Below, one piece after another: positions 1 to 10,540 of a DNA stretch of 64,000 nucleotides; position 1 is the stretch's first letter; every line of letters begins with the position of its first letter. Under the pieces are notes generated by a model. The model was not told the DNA's origin. It worked only from the letters and a program-made list of their open reading frames with translations, and searched no databases. The position numbers and the translations under genes were made by a program. Source of the stretch: Chloropicon primus (Eukaryota); NCBI GenBank assembly GCA_023205875.1, contig CP060763.1, positions 124,001-188,000 on the forward strand. The letters run 5' to 3'.

Positions 1-892
1 GTGGCCGCGTGCGGGGCTCCGAGAACCTCTCCAGCAGCCAACATCGACGCCGCCATCCCGTAAAGCGCTCCCCTTCTCGTCGGTTGGCCCGAGCCACCAC
101 CACCACCACGAGTCGTCGTCGTCGTCGTCGAGCAGCTGCTCGAGTCCTCCCTCCTCCCGTCGTCGTTCGGGGATCGACCCAAAGCGAGGACTCGAGTGGC
201 TCTGCCTCTGGACCTCGATGCCCTCCCCCTCGACCCCTGCGCTCTCGCCTGGGTCCTGCTCACTCGCTGCTGCTTCATCATCATCAGGACTCTCTCTCTC
301 TCTCTCTCTCTCTCGAACGTTGTTTTGGATGCCACGCGCACGCACGACCTCAAGCGAGGTATCGATGGAAAGATCTCGAAGAGCTCTGGATGAAGCACGG
401 TTCCGTCCCCTCGGAGCTCCTCGGACCCGCCTGCTCTGTCCCCGAAAACATGGGTTGCGAGCCAAAAAAAATAAAAAAGAGAAAGAAAGAAAGAAAGAAT
501 CAGTCCTGGATTCCTCCCCAGCGCTCCAATCCTTTCGAGCGACGGCTTGAAAGAAAGAGCAAGAGATGAGGAACACAGCCTGCTCGCCTTCCTCGTCTCC
601 ACCCTCCCTCCCCACCCTCCCCACCGCCTCAAACCCACCTGTCTCTTGTGGTCGATCACAGGGATAAGGCGCCTTATCCTCAAATCTCTCTCTCTCTCTC
701 TCTTGAAATTTACTCACGAATTCGAAAGTAGAGGCCGTCTCAAAAAGTAACGGCTGAAAACTGAAACCGTCGAGGCAGGCGTTACGAGAAAGAAGGCTTG
801 ACCATGACGACGATCATCGACATCAGCGGGGTGAACAATGGTGCGTGGTGAGGACGAGAGTGTTGCCCAAGCCGATGCCGATGCCGATGCTG

Positions 893-928
<36 letters not shown>

Positions 929-1172
929 GAGATGGAGATGGAGATGGAGATGAAGGTTTCTCCTGAGGACGCTCTCGCTCTCCGGGAAAGCGGTTGCTAC
1001 CCCTCGGCCTCGGCTGCGTGTGGCCTGACCTGACCCTTGGCCTGACGCGTGACTGGCTTCGCTGTTCTTCATCTTCATCTCTCCTCCCATCTCTTTTTTG
1101 TTTGTTTGTTTGTTTGTTTGTTTGTTTGTTTGGTGTGTTTGGACAAAGTTTGCCAAAACTTGTTGACGTACG

Positions 1173-1526
1173 GTGAGTTGGGTCCTCTCCCTCGACGAGG
1201 CACGCAAACTGACCGCCCGTTCTCTCCTCTCCTCCTCCTCCTCCACTCCTCCTCCATCTTCTTCTTCTTCTTCTCTTCACCCGGTGGGTGGCAAAGACCT
1301 GCACGGCGGCGAGAGGATCAGCGCGCTGCAGACGGACTACGCGGACCAGGACAGGGACACTTACAAGGCCAAGGCTTCGAACATCGCACCGAGGCCAAAG
1401 GGCTGGAAGCCCACCAAGTCCAACACCCAGATGCCTCCCGTCCAGGGCAAGGGGTCGGATGAGGTGCCCGAGGCAAAGACCAGGAGAGGCCCAAAGTACT
1501 ATGGAAAGTTGAGCAAAATCTTGTAG
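1173..1526 (+). CDS. Small hypothetical basic protein, probably a last exon; 5' structure unresolved
   Basis: Coding-like composition from ~1300 (LHGGERISALQTDYADQ...KYYGKLSKIL*); converges on the PPAT 3' end; no recognisable domain. Confidence 0.35.
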   Translation: MSWVLSLDEARKLTARSLLSSSSSTPPPSSSSSSLHPVGGKDLHGGERISALQTDYADQDRDTYKAKASNIAPRPKGWKPTKSNTQMPPVQGKGSDEVPEAKTRRGPKYYGKLSKIL

Positions 1527-1601
1527 AGCGAGCGGACGCTCCCGGAAAGCAAAGCTGTAAAACCCGAACACTCTGCATCAACAAAAACAACGACATTCTT
1601 T

Positions 1602-1897
1602 TTAAGGTTTCGCTTTCTTGCTCTTCGCCACTCCGGCCGCGGCGTCCAACTCCCTGAGGTCGCTCGAGCTGAGTTTCTTTGCGTCCGTGTTCTGGCGGGT
1701 GGCGCCAACCAGATTGACGGAGATGACGACGAGGGGCTCGTACCCCAAGGTCGCCCTCTCGTCGTTGATGGCCGTGGCTCCAGACACGGTCTCCCTGGAC
1801 ACGACAATGCCGTCCATGCTCTCGCTGGTGATGGCGAGGGGCTTGCCCGCGTTCAACTCACCGCTGTCGACCTGCACGCGGCGGACGGAAGGGTCAG

Positions 1898-1938
<41 letters not shown>

Positions 1939-2857
1939 GGAGGGAGGAAGAGCGAGTCAGTTTTGTGGCGGCCAGCCAACCAAAAAAATCTTCTCCGAGA
2001 GAGCGTCTTCGCAGACTGCGCCAGGTACCTGCATCACGAATTCTTGTGGCATCGGGGCCCGTGACACGTCGCCGAGAACGCCAATGGCTACCTGTAGCAG
2101 GGGTGACGAGCCGTTGTCGTCATCGTCGTCGTCGTCGTCGTCATGAAGGAACCGGGCGAATACGTATGAGTAAAGTGCGTAATCGAGCAGGAAAGGGATC
2201 GAGAAGAGCGGCACTAACCTGGAGGCTCGGGTTCATGCACCGTATGAATTCTTCCACGCGGTCCTTCCTCGTGTCAAAAGTCTCCAAGAGCTCCCTGTTC
2301 CTCTTCTTCAAGAGCAACGCATCCGAGGTGATTCCAACGAAGATCGTCTTCGAGCAGACGGCTACCGTGGAAGCCAGCAGCAGCCTGTGGCCCGCGTGGA
2401 GCCTATCGAAAGTCCCGCCAACGCACACCTCGTCCATGGAGCCGTAAGAGGTGCTGCACGTCTCCACCTCGGGCTCGACGACGCAGGAGGAGAGAAGCGA
2501 ACTTTCTCTGCCCCCATCAGCCTCGCCAACCCGGACGTCCTCCACCTCCTGGTACCGGGACACGTTGAACCGCTCGGCAATGGAACGCCGCGTCCAGCCG
2601 CAGAACTGGAAGAGCGGGACGACTTCCCACCTCGGCGCCGCAAAGGCCGCTGCCTCGTACAACGCCGTGAGTATCCTCACGACGTCTTCCTTCCTCCCTC
2701 CGTTCCCTGAAACTCTCTCCCCTCGGAAGAACACGAGGAGAGGTCTCGGACACTTCGCCTCGGACCCATCCCGGCCCAACGATGTCACGCACTGCGTCCA
2801 TTTGCTCCTCTTGTCCAAGTCCACGCACAAAACATTAGCAGGTTCCGTGAACTTCAT
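1602..2857 (-). CDS. Phosphopantetheine adenylyltransferase (CoaD/PPAT-type nucleotidyltransferase), spliced
   Basis: VCVGGTFDRLHAGHRLLL (HxGH), GIVVSRET, KLSSSDLR motifs. Exon 2857-2219, possible 63-nt exon 2091-2029, last exon 1871-1602 with a CTGAC branch site upstream. Confidence 0.85.
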
Positions 2858-3312
2858 CCCTCCCTTCTACGCTTCAGCCGTTACAAAAACTTTGCCCGCG
2901 ACCGCAAAATCAAAAGCCAACAGGACGAAGCTTTCATCGGCGAAGGCTGCTGCCGCTTCCCTCCGGTCCCTCGGCGACGATGGCTCGCCTAACACCCGGC
3001 ACCACCAAGGGCAAGAGAAAGAATGGCGTGCGTTTTTTAGACAAGCGTCGTCATCCCTTGGACATTTCGTGCAAGAGACCGCTCATTCGAAAGAAAAGAA
3101 GACGAAGATTTCATCAGCGTCGACGACTGACGCATCCATCCCCCCCTCCGCTCACAGAACTCACCTCAACCTGGAAGCCGATTCCCTCTCCTCCCCTTTT
3201 CCTCCTGTGTTCTTTCGGTTTTTTTTCCCTTTTCTCCCAGTTCTTCCTACTTTTTGAAGGGGGGGGTGGATGCCAGGCAAAGGCAGAGTCTTGATCGAGA
3301 GAGTGCCCGTCG

Positions 3313-3650
3313 TTGGTCCGTAGGAAGGGCGACAAGCTGTAGTGCTGCTCTTGGGCATTCCAAAGACCTCTCACTTGTGCCCAAAATCGTTGTACAACTC
3401 CGTTGAAGCGCGAAAGTTTGGCTGTTGAGCCTATTGGTTGGACACCTGTCACAAGAGTAGAAAGGTTTGGAGTCCTGGACGACGAAAGGGGCGACCTTTG
3501 GTCCGTGGGAAGGCAATAAGGGGGCAGGACGGCTCTCCGGTCCCTCCAAAGACCTCTCACCTCGTGTCTGAACCGTTGCACCAACTCAAGTGAGGAGAGT
3601 TTGGCTGCTGTGCTACTGGTTTGACCTGCCAGAGTATAAAGGTTGGGAAG
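3313..3650. repeat. Diverged tandem duplication, ~186-bp period
   Basis: ttggtccgt.ggaagg...ccaaagacctctcac...gtttggctg...aaaggtt at ~3313-3470 and ~3498-3650. Confidence 0.75.
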
Positions 3651-4045
3651 GGGGTTAAGCGAGGGTGGTGTGTGAAGACGAGGGGCAGACCAGACCCATC
3701 GTCAGTGTCTGGAGCATCGAACAAGGAGGTCTGATTTCCACTGAGGTTGCGACGGACTCGGCCAAGCACTTGGCTTTCGTCTATCACTGCTTGTCTGGAC
3801 AGACTTTTGGTGGTTGGAGAGCCAACTTGCTGTGAGACGAGCGTCTCCGTTGCCGTGTCTCTGCTGACCGCTTTGGGCTCTCTTCCCCCAAGGGCCTGGC
3901 CTTGCTTGCCGCGGGAACCAGCACGATGGTCTGGGTGGAGGGTTGACTGTGGGGCCAACACTTGGAGCACCGCACGACGGAGACGCGGCGGTCGAGAGAG
4001 ACACAGTAGCCGGCGGGAGGGACAAGGCGTGTGAAAGGCAGAATC

Positions 4046-5824
4046 ATGGAAGAGGTGGATCTGGGGCAAAGCTTTGCGGATGAGAAGGCCGCGCTCCGGT
4101 CGAGGCCGGAGCATCCTGACGGCGTCGTCCTGGACCAGAGGTTCGGGGTCTCCGCAGAGAGGCTCAGGGACATGGTCTTCATGGACAGCAGGGAGGGGAG
4201 CGTCTACCACAGCTTCCTGAAGCAGATGACGTACTTCGATGTGCAAGTTGGGGAGTTTCGTTCGGGGGCCGGCGGGGGTAAGGAGAGGGTCGTGTCGTTC
4301 AAGATATCGTCTCCGATGGGGAGAACCGGACCGAAGGAGGTGGACGCCGAGGACAGCCAAGTCATCGTGCTGGAGAATTCTTGCGGACTGGTAATGGAGT
4401 CCTCGTGCAAGACGAGCAAGGTGATGTACTCCAACTCGTTTACAGTGGACGTCCAGCACAAGATCATCGCGGACTCGCCTTCCGCAAACGAATGCGTCTT
4501 GCACTGCACGGTAAAGGTCAACTTCGTCAAGTCGGTGATGGGAATGATCAAGAAGCAGATTCGAGCGGAATCCGTGAAGCAGATGCACAAAAAGTACTCG
4601 ACACTGGGCCAGTGCATCGCCCAAGCGCTCCAGGCATCGCCCTCTAGTGCTGCAGCTGAAAACAGCGACAAGTTGGAACCCTTGTTAGACATAGGTCTGA
4701 CGATAGAAGGGCAAAGCCAGAATGGGCATCTCTCGTCGAGTGAGACGGAGCCCGTCCCACTGATGCACAGGAGGAACGACAGCGGGACGGACCTGAAGAG
4801 GGACACGGCGAAGAGCGACTCAAAAGTGAGTGGCTGGCTTTTGAAGCGGTCCGACAAGCTCCGGAAATGGAACACGCGGTACTGCGAGTTCGACTTTGTG
4901 TCCGGAAGGTTTGAGTGGAGAAAGAGACCAGACGACCCGACTCCGAATGGCTTCATGATGATCAACATCTTCACCGAGGTCCAGAACAAGGACATCCAAC
5001 GCGGAGTGCACCCGCAGGGAATGGAGGAGTGCAGCTTCCTGATCGTGTACGAGAAGAAGAAGTATTATTTCAGCGCAGATACGGACAGGGCGATGGATAT
5101 GTGGTGCACCGCGATGAAGGAATACATCCAGAGCTGCTCGAGCAAGGTCATGATGACGAACACGAGCTTCGACGACTCCCCGACGATGGTCGCGATGTTC
5201 TCGATCGGGCAGGTCACGGACATGGACCACCTTGACTCCGAGAAGAAGCCCGACAGGATGGCCTACTTCAGGATGAGCGTGGGCAATCACGTGAAGAGGA
5301 GCAAAACGATCAAGACCAGCACTAGCGGGACGTGGAACCAAACGTTCAGCTTCCCCATCCTGATGGGGGAGAATCCTGAGATCATTCTGTACGGGGAGGA
5401 GTGCTACAGCGACAGCAAGTACGCCCAGGGGAAAACGATCGGGATGTGCTCCTTGCCGCTGTGGGCCTTTCCTCCCAACGAGGCTGTGAAATTCTGGGCA
5501 TGCCTTCGAAGCAGCGCGCATATGTCTTCCCCGATCTCAGGCAAAGTGCAAGTCCACCTCATCATCAAGAACAAGTACGATGTAGAAAACTTGGACACGG
5601 AGGACGGCATCACAATCTTCGAAGAGGAGGGGAAGGGGAATCATGCAGGGGAGGACGTCCGGGCAGAGAGCTCCAGAAAAGCCGAAGGCGGTGCCGGTGA
5701 GAACTCTTTCTGGACGAGAGAGTACTCCTTGCTCGACCTCCTTTGTTGTGGCCTGGTCAACCGAGGCAGGAAGCCAAAGGCATCGTCGCAGTACCAGCTG
5801 TTGCAGGAGATGGATGATTTGTAA
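4046..5824 (+). CDS. VASt/StART-like + PH + C2 domain lipid-binding/transfer protein
   Basis: N-terminal KVMYSNSFTV...VNFVKSVMGMIKKQI (VASt-like); SGWLLKRSDKLRKWNTRY...YYFSADT...MDMW (PH); KRSKTIKT...WNQTFSF (C2). Confidence 0.7.
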   Translation: MEEVDLGQSFADEKAALRSRPEHPDGVVLDQRFGVSAERLRDMVFMDSREGSVYHSFLKQMTYFDVQVGEFRSGAGGGKERVVSFKISSPMGRTGPKEVDAEDSQVIVLENSCGLVMESSCKTSKVMYSNSFTVDVQHKIIADSPSANECVLHCTVKVNFVKSVMGMIKKQIRAESVKQMHKKYSTLGQCIAQALQASPSSAAAENSDKLEPLLDIGLTIEGQSQNGHLSSSETEPVPLMHRRNDSGTDLKRDTAKSDSKVSGWLLKRSDKLRKWNTRYCEFDFVSGRFEWRKRPDDPTPNGFMMINIFTEVQNKDIQRGVHPQGMEECSFLIVYEKKKYYFSADTDRAMDMWCTAMKEYIQSCSSKVMMTNTSFDDSPTMVAMFSIGQVTDMDHLDSEKKPDRMAYFRMSVGNHVKRSKTIKTSTSGTWNQTFSFPILMGENPEIILYGEECYSDSKYAQGKTIGMCSLPLWAFPPNEAVKFWACLRSSAHMSSPISGKVQVHLIIKNKYDVENLDTEDGITIFEEEGKGNHAGEDVRAESSRKAEGGAGENSFWTREYSLLDLLCCGLVNRGRKPKASSQYQLLQEMDDL

Positions 5825-5928
5825 ACATCACTTTGGCAAGACATGAAATGACGTGTACCAGTACGAGACACGCGCGGCGGCGTGTGCCCTTTTTTATTAC
5901 AATCATATGAAAGTCTCGACCCGCGGGC

Positions 5929-6455
5929 TTACTTTTTCGTCTCCTTCGCCGCGTCCTTCCCCCCTTTGCTGACTTTCTTCTTGTTCCCTATGTTGAGATG
6001 CTCGATCAGAGGTGATCTGGATATGGCGGCAGACTGCACAGAGTTTGACTTCACTTTCGAGTAGATGCTCGCCAGCGTCCTTGAGTTCAGCATCGGGTCC
6101 CCCTCGTTCTTCAGGGCGTACAGCTCCCTGACAGAGTAATTCGTGGGATCCCTTTTCAGCTCGTTCCTTCTGGCGGCCATGTTGAAATACTTTGTCCTGA
6201 AGATTCTCCCGAGTTCTATCTCAATCGAGTTCGTCTTCTTCTGCCCCACGAAGACCTCCTGAAGCACCTGGTCGCTCGCGTCGTACAATGTTTCCCAGAA
6301 CATCCTGTCCTGCTGGATGTGCGTTACCTCTCCAGACTGCGTCAAGATGATCTGCGCATAGATGCTTCCAAGAGTTGAGAACTTGTTCTGAACCTCCTTG
6401 GCGCACTCGTCTGTCGTCGTTCAAGGTCGATGGGTCAGGCCTGAGAGCTCAGCTC

Positions 6456-6494
<39 letters not shown>

Positions 6495-6822
6495 TTTTGA
6501 AGTTCATCTGCCGCGTTCTTCTCTTACCTATGAGTGTCTGAGCCTCATTGCCCAACGAGTCCTTCTTCACTTGCAGGTTCTGCAGTTTGAAGAAGTTGAC
6601 GAAGTAGTGTATCAAGGCGTGAAGGAACTTGTCGTACTTGGAGGACTTGAAAAAAGTTCTGAATTTCGTTGGAGTAGTCTCCTCAAACGTCCTGAAAACT
6701 CTGTTCTTCACCTCATCCAAGTTCTGCAACAAGTCCTCCGCCGAGGACCCGTGGTTATTCTTACGGCCCCCATAACTGTAGCTCGAGGCCTTCTGACCGC
6801 CTCCTCCCCCTTTCTCGTCCAT
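5929..6822 (-). CDS. PPP1R36-like (protein phosphatase 1 inhibitor family) protein, 2 exons
   Basis: Exons 6822-6528 and 6410-5929 join in frame (QTLI/DECAKEVQ...YAQIIL); DRMFWETLY and IEIELGRIFRTKYFN resemble the PPPI_inhib family from memory. Confidence 0.55.
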
Positions 6823-7092
6823 GCCTTCCTTTCAAAAGTCCCCTCCGACTCCCAAGCTCCCAGCCTTGTCAATGCTCGCGACCCGCACAGCCTTCCCTTG
6901 CGACCCTGCCTTGTCTCCTCTCCTCTCCCCTCCCTCCTGGTGGCCACCACCACGCTGCTGGGAGACTGGGTGACTTTGACTTCCTCCACACCTACCCTTG
7001 GGACCAACGCACCCAAAGTCAAAGAGAGTGGGTCGACCACCTCTCTCAATCAGATTTGCCAGGGACTCAAGGGGCACCAAACTCAGCACCTC

Positions 7093-7314
7093 ACCCTCCC
7101 TTGCGACAACACTCGAGACTCTACAAAGCTTTGTGTCCTGCTCCTGGTGGACCTTCAAAGCAACAGGAAGGTGTTTGACCCAAAAGCTTGACCCAAAACC
7201 AGAAAGGGAAGGACAAAAGATGACCCAGCTCAAGAATCTTTGAAGGTCCTCCGACACGTGTGTGACCCAAAGACCCTCCCTTGCGACAACACTCGAGACT
7301 CTGCAAAGCTTTGT
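7093..7314. repeat. 42-bp direct repeat at exactly 180-bp offset
   Basis: accctcccttgcgacaacactcgagactctRcaaagctttgt at 7093-7134 and 7273-7314, one mismatch. Confidence 0.9.
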
Positions 7315-7354
7315 CCTCCTCTCCTCCTCTGGGCCTTTGACTGGAAAACTTTTT

Positions 7355-7391
7355 TTAGGTTTTTTAGGGTTTTAGGGTTTTAGGTTTTTAG
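7355..7391 (+). repeat. Interstitial telomere-like / telo-box run (TTTTAGGG x2 plus degenerate TTTTAGG)
   Basis: ttttttaggttttttagggttttagggttttaggtttttag between divergent genes. Confidence 0.7.
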
Positions 7392-7816
7392 ATTCTCTGC
7401 TCAGCACGCGGGCACAGGAGCGGGGGAACGAGGACGGCGTTTGTGGAACGAGGACGGCGCAGACGTGGGGTGAAGGGGGTGAGGTGTGGCTCATCGGAAA
7501 GCTTATCTCGCGAGCTTTCTGTAGAGCCCTCGCTTGACCCGTTTGGATTCCTGAGCGAGGCGCTAGGGACTTGGACGTAAGGAGGAACACTCGAGGCGAC
7601 GGTGGTGGACATCCGACACGTTTATCCTTCGAAAGAGAGCGCTGTAACGGAAGGTGATCCGTTCGAGGAAGACGTCAGTGGAAAGATCATCTCACGGGCT
7701 TTCGAAAGAGCCGTCGCACGCCTGATTTGGTCCGCGGAGGGAGGAGAGAAGGCCGTGCGGGAACGAATCTGGTGTGAAGTGGAGAGCATCCAAGGCACTC
7801 GGCAAGGAGGAGGCCG

Positions 7817-8566
7817 ATGAAGGCGAATCGCAAACATTTGCCTCACAATCTTTCGATTGGTGCTTCTCTCGACCCGCTACGACACGGAAGGGGCACAAAG
7901 CGTTACGAGGTGCCTGCAAAGTCTGCGAGGTTTGCTTGCATTGTAGACGGCAGCCGAAGGAGGGAGCTGATGGCAGCCGTGCTTGTCCTGAGTGGATGGG
8001 GCATCGGCAAGGCAAGGGCGGAGGACCTCGAGGCGACGAGCGATCCGTACAAGCAAGGCCAAGGGAACGTGAGTCTTGGGCTGCTCAAGGGAAGGGTAAG
8101 AGGGTGCCCGACGAACGTGAACCCCAACTGCGTGAGCACGAGTTCGCTGTCGACGTCGTACCAGACGCCGTGGAAGGCACCGGAGGGGATGAGCATGAAG
8201 GAAGCGTGCGAGCTGATCAAGGACACCCTGCTGGGGAAGGGTGCTGTGCTCAGGGAGTACGGGGAGGTCAGCGAAACCGACCCGGAGCTCGGAACGTACC
8301 TGAGGTTCGACTTGGAGGGGAACTTCGGTAGGGAGAAGCCGGACCACGTCGAGTTTCTCGTGCGCAAGACGGATCCCGTGAACTGGGAAGGGGAGTCCTC
8401 TGGCCTTTCCGTCTTCTTTCGCTCCATCGCTGGCGGCGTGAGGTACATCTATCCAATCCAGCAACCCATCACAGACTTTTCGAAGCAGAGGAAGCGGATG
8501 GAGGGGATAAGGAACGACCTTGGGTGGCGGCTCAGCGGGTGCGAGCTGATCGAGTGCTATGAGTGA
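7817..8566 (+). CDS. DUF1499-family thylakoid lumen protein
   Basis: RRRELMAAVL...KARA twin-arginine lumenal signal; GRVRGCPTNVNPNCVSTSS; QRKRMEGIRNDLGW. Confidence 0.75.
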   Translation: MKANRKHLPHNLSIGASLDPLRHGRGTKRYEVPAKSARFACIVDGSRRRELMAAVLVLSGWGIGKARAEDLEATSDPYKQGQGNVSLGLLKGRVRGCPTNVNPNCVSTSSLSTSYQTPWKAPEGMSMKEACELIKDTLLGKGAVLREYGEVSETDPELGTYLRFDLEGNFGREKPDHVEFLVRKTDPVNWEGESSGLSVFFRSIAGGVRYIYPIQQPITDFSKQRKRMEGIRNDLGWRLSGCELIECYE

Positions 8567-8599
8567 TAACGCGCGCGTGAAACGTGAACTGGTCCCTCT

Positions 8600-9595
8600 T
8601 TATTGCAACTTCTTGGAGGGCTTCTTCTTCCCCCTCAGATTATCGGGAACGAATCCCGGAGCGGATTCAAAGTCGTTGTTCGCCTTGAGCTGAAACGAGT
8701 GCAGGATATGAAGCAAGCGCTCCCTGTCCTTCGGGTAGTCTTCCTTGCTGCACTGGATCCTGAGCACCAGGAGCCTCTCCCCTTGGATGCCCACGGTGGT
8801 CAAGAAGTAGCGGTCCCACTCCTTGGACTGCTTCCTCTCCCCGCTCGTGATCCCGTACTGATTCCTCGCGGCGTACGAGTCGATGTTGATCAAAAAGTCG
8901 TAAAACAGTCGACCCCCGTCCTCCGCCTTTGTCCTCTCCGCCGCGGCGACCACCCGACCCTGCCTCGTGATGCCGAGCCTCGTCGACACGAACTCGTCCA
9001 TGTACTTGCTCAAGAAGGTCTCCGCGCACTGGCTCGGCGAGCCAAAGTCGTCGGGCAGGCTCTTGTACTTGGAGAAAGACTTGCTCGAGAGCTCCACGAA
9101 AAGGTTCTGCTCCACATTCTCCGTGTTCTTGTAGAACATGTCCGCCCCGGACGTCGTCACCACGTTCCACTCCGGCGGAAGGGAAACGAAATAGTTGTCG
9201 TAGATGTCCTCGAACCCGTACCAGTCCTCGGGCTCGGGCGTCTTCGTGATGAAGTCTTCCTCCGCTGGGGGTGAGGACGGAGCGCCCACGGTGGCGGTGG
9301 TGGCCTCCCCCTCCACCGTAGCGCCCTCCTTCTCGACGGCCAACGCGGTGCTCGCTCCCCTCTCGGCCCTGCCCAGCACGAGGAGGCTCGACGCGCCCAA
9401 CACCGCAGCCTTTCGGACCAACGCCTCCCTCCTTCCCACGCTAACCACTGCCCCGGATTCCTCTCCAGGCGTCCTGTCTGATCCAAGGCCTTCCTCTCGG
9501 CACGAGGCCAGCGCCCTCGCCCCCGGCCTCGCCCTCCCCGGCGTCCCTTCCCTTCCCAGCCACCTCGCCGTCGTCGTCGCCGTCGTCGTCCTCAT
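8600..9595 (-). CDS. PsbP-domain (PPD-type) thylakoid lumen protein
   Basis: Transit peptide, GRREAL twin-arginine motif and ALA cleavage site; PPEW..SGADMFY, DFGSP, EFVSTRLG, EWDRYFLTTVGI. ORF is open upstream to 9730. Confidence 0.8.
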   Translation of the reverse strand: MRTTTATTTARWLGREGTPGRARPGARALASCREEGLGSDRTPGEESGAVVSVGRREALVRKAAVLGASSLLVLGRAERGASTALAVEKEGATVEGEATTATVGAPSSPPAEEDFITKTPEPEDWYGFEDIYDNYFVSLPPEWNVVTTSGADMFYKNTENVEQNLFVELSSKSFSKYKSLPDDFGSPSQCAETFLSKYMDEFVSTRLGITRQGRVVAAAERTKAEDGGRLFYDFLINIDSYAARNQYGITSGERKQSKEWDRYFLTTVGIQGERLLVLRIQCSKEDYPKDRERLLHILHSFQLKANNDFESAPGFVPDNLRGKKKPSKKLQ

Positions 9596-9619
9596 CACCT
9601 TGCTCAGCCACTCCGCTCG

Positions 9620-10445
9620 CCAAACGCTTCGACCAATGGATGAATGGAAAGCTCGCGAGACAACGAATCTTCGAGCGGTTCCCGCTTCCGCCAGAAAACG
9701 CTTCCCCTCCGACGCAGCCAGCGCAATCAATCAATGGTTTGGATCCACAGCCTCCCAGTTCTGCGTCACACAGAAAGCCTCTCCCAAATCCTCCTCACAG
9801 CACCGATTCTTTCGTGCGAGCGGTCTACGGCAAGATCACGAGATGAATCTTCCGTCCCTTCTGCGCTCCCCCCCCCTCTCTCGCGCCTCAACGCCTCTGC
9901 CTCGGCGTCCCTCTCGCTCGCTCGATCCCTTCTCCCGATGCCGATGCCTCGCCCTCCTTCCCGTCCTCAAATCTTCCTCACTGGACCGATTCTTTCGTGC
10001 GAGCGCTCGTTTGAAAGATCACGAGACGCTCCTTGCGATTATGCTCTCCCCTTCTACGCCGCCTCCCTTCTGCGATCTCAATACCTCGTCCTTTCTCTCC
10101 CTCTCTCTCCCCTCTTGTGGCAACGGAGAACCTCCAGTTCTGGATAAGGTTTGAAGGTAGGAGAGTCCATCAGTGAACTGGAGCGAGGGATTGAGGTGTC
10201 AAGGCGAAGAGCGGAGGATTTGAGAGTGGTATCTAGCGAAAGGAGGTTTCAAGAGCTTTCGAACGAACCCTCGCTCGACTCGTTTGAGTCCCAGAGTGAT
10301 ACGTAACAGGGATTGAGCACGACCAGCACCAGCAGCAGGTGGCCTCAAGGGCGAGGAGGAGAGGGGAAGGGAAGGGCGGCAGGGGGGGGAACGAGGGGGT
10401 GAGGTGTTCAGAGGGAATCTTCATGCTCTGATCTTTCGTTTGATT
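9620..10445. promoter_or_regulatory. Divergent promoter with phased copies of the recurrent TCGAGCGAGGGCTCGTTCGAAAG element
   Basis: + copies with GAAAG core at 9647, 9830 and 10013 (183-bp steps); - copies at 10256 and, weaker, 10433. Confidence 0.65.
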
Positions 10446-10540
10446 GTTTACTGGAGAGAAGTGTCGGGATCTGGAGGGAGCTTGTGGATCATTGGGTGAC
10501 AGAGAGGAGTCGTGCTGAGGAGCAAGAGGGGTTGGTGAGG

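Noticed and set aside
9..1100. Short ORFs at the window start
   Set aside because: Dominated by microsatellites and promoter-type elements; probably the 5' region of a gene outside the window.
7388..7612. 74-aa minus-strand ORF
   Set aside because: No recognisable motif and it overlaps the phased elements; it cannot be excluded as a uORF.
7340..7620. Telomerase RNA or other structured ncRNA (C-rich template-like run on the - strand plus hairpins)
   Set aside because: The run is longer and more degenerate than a template, no USE/TATA promoter is visible, and the hairpins are explained by opposed copies of the recurrent element.
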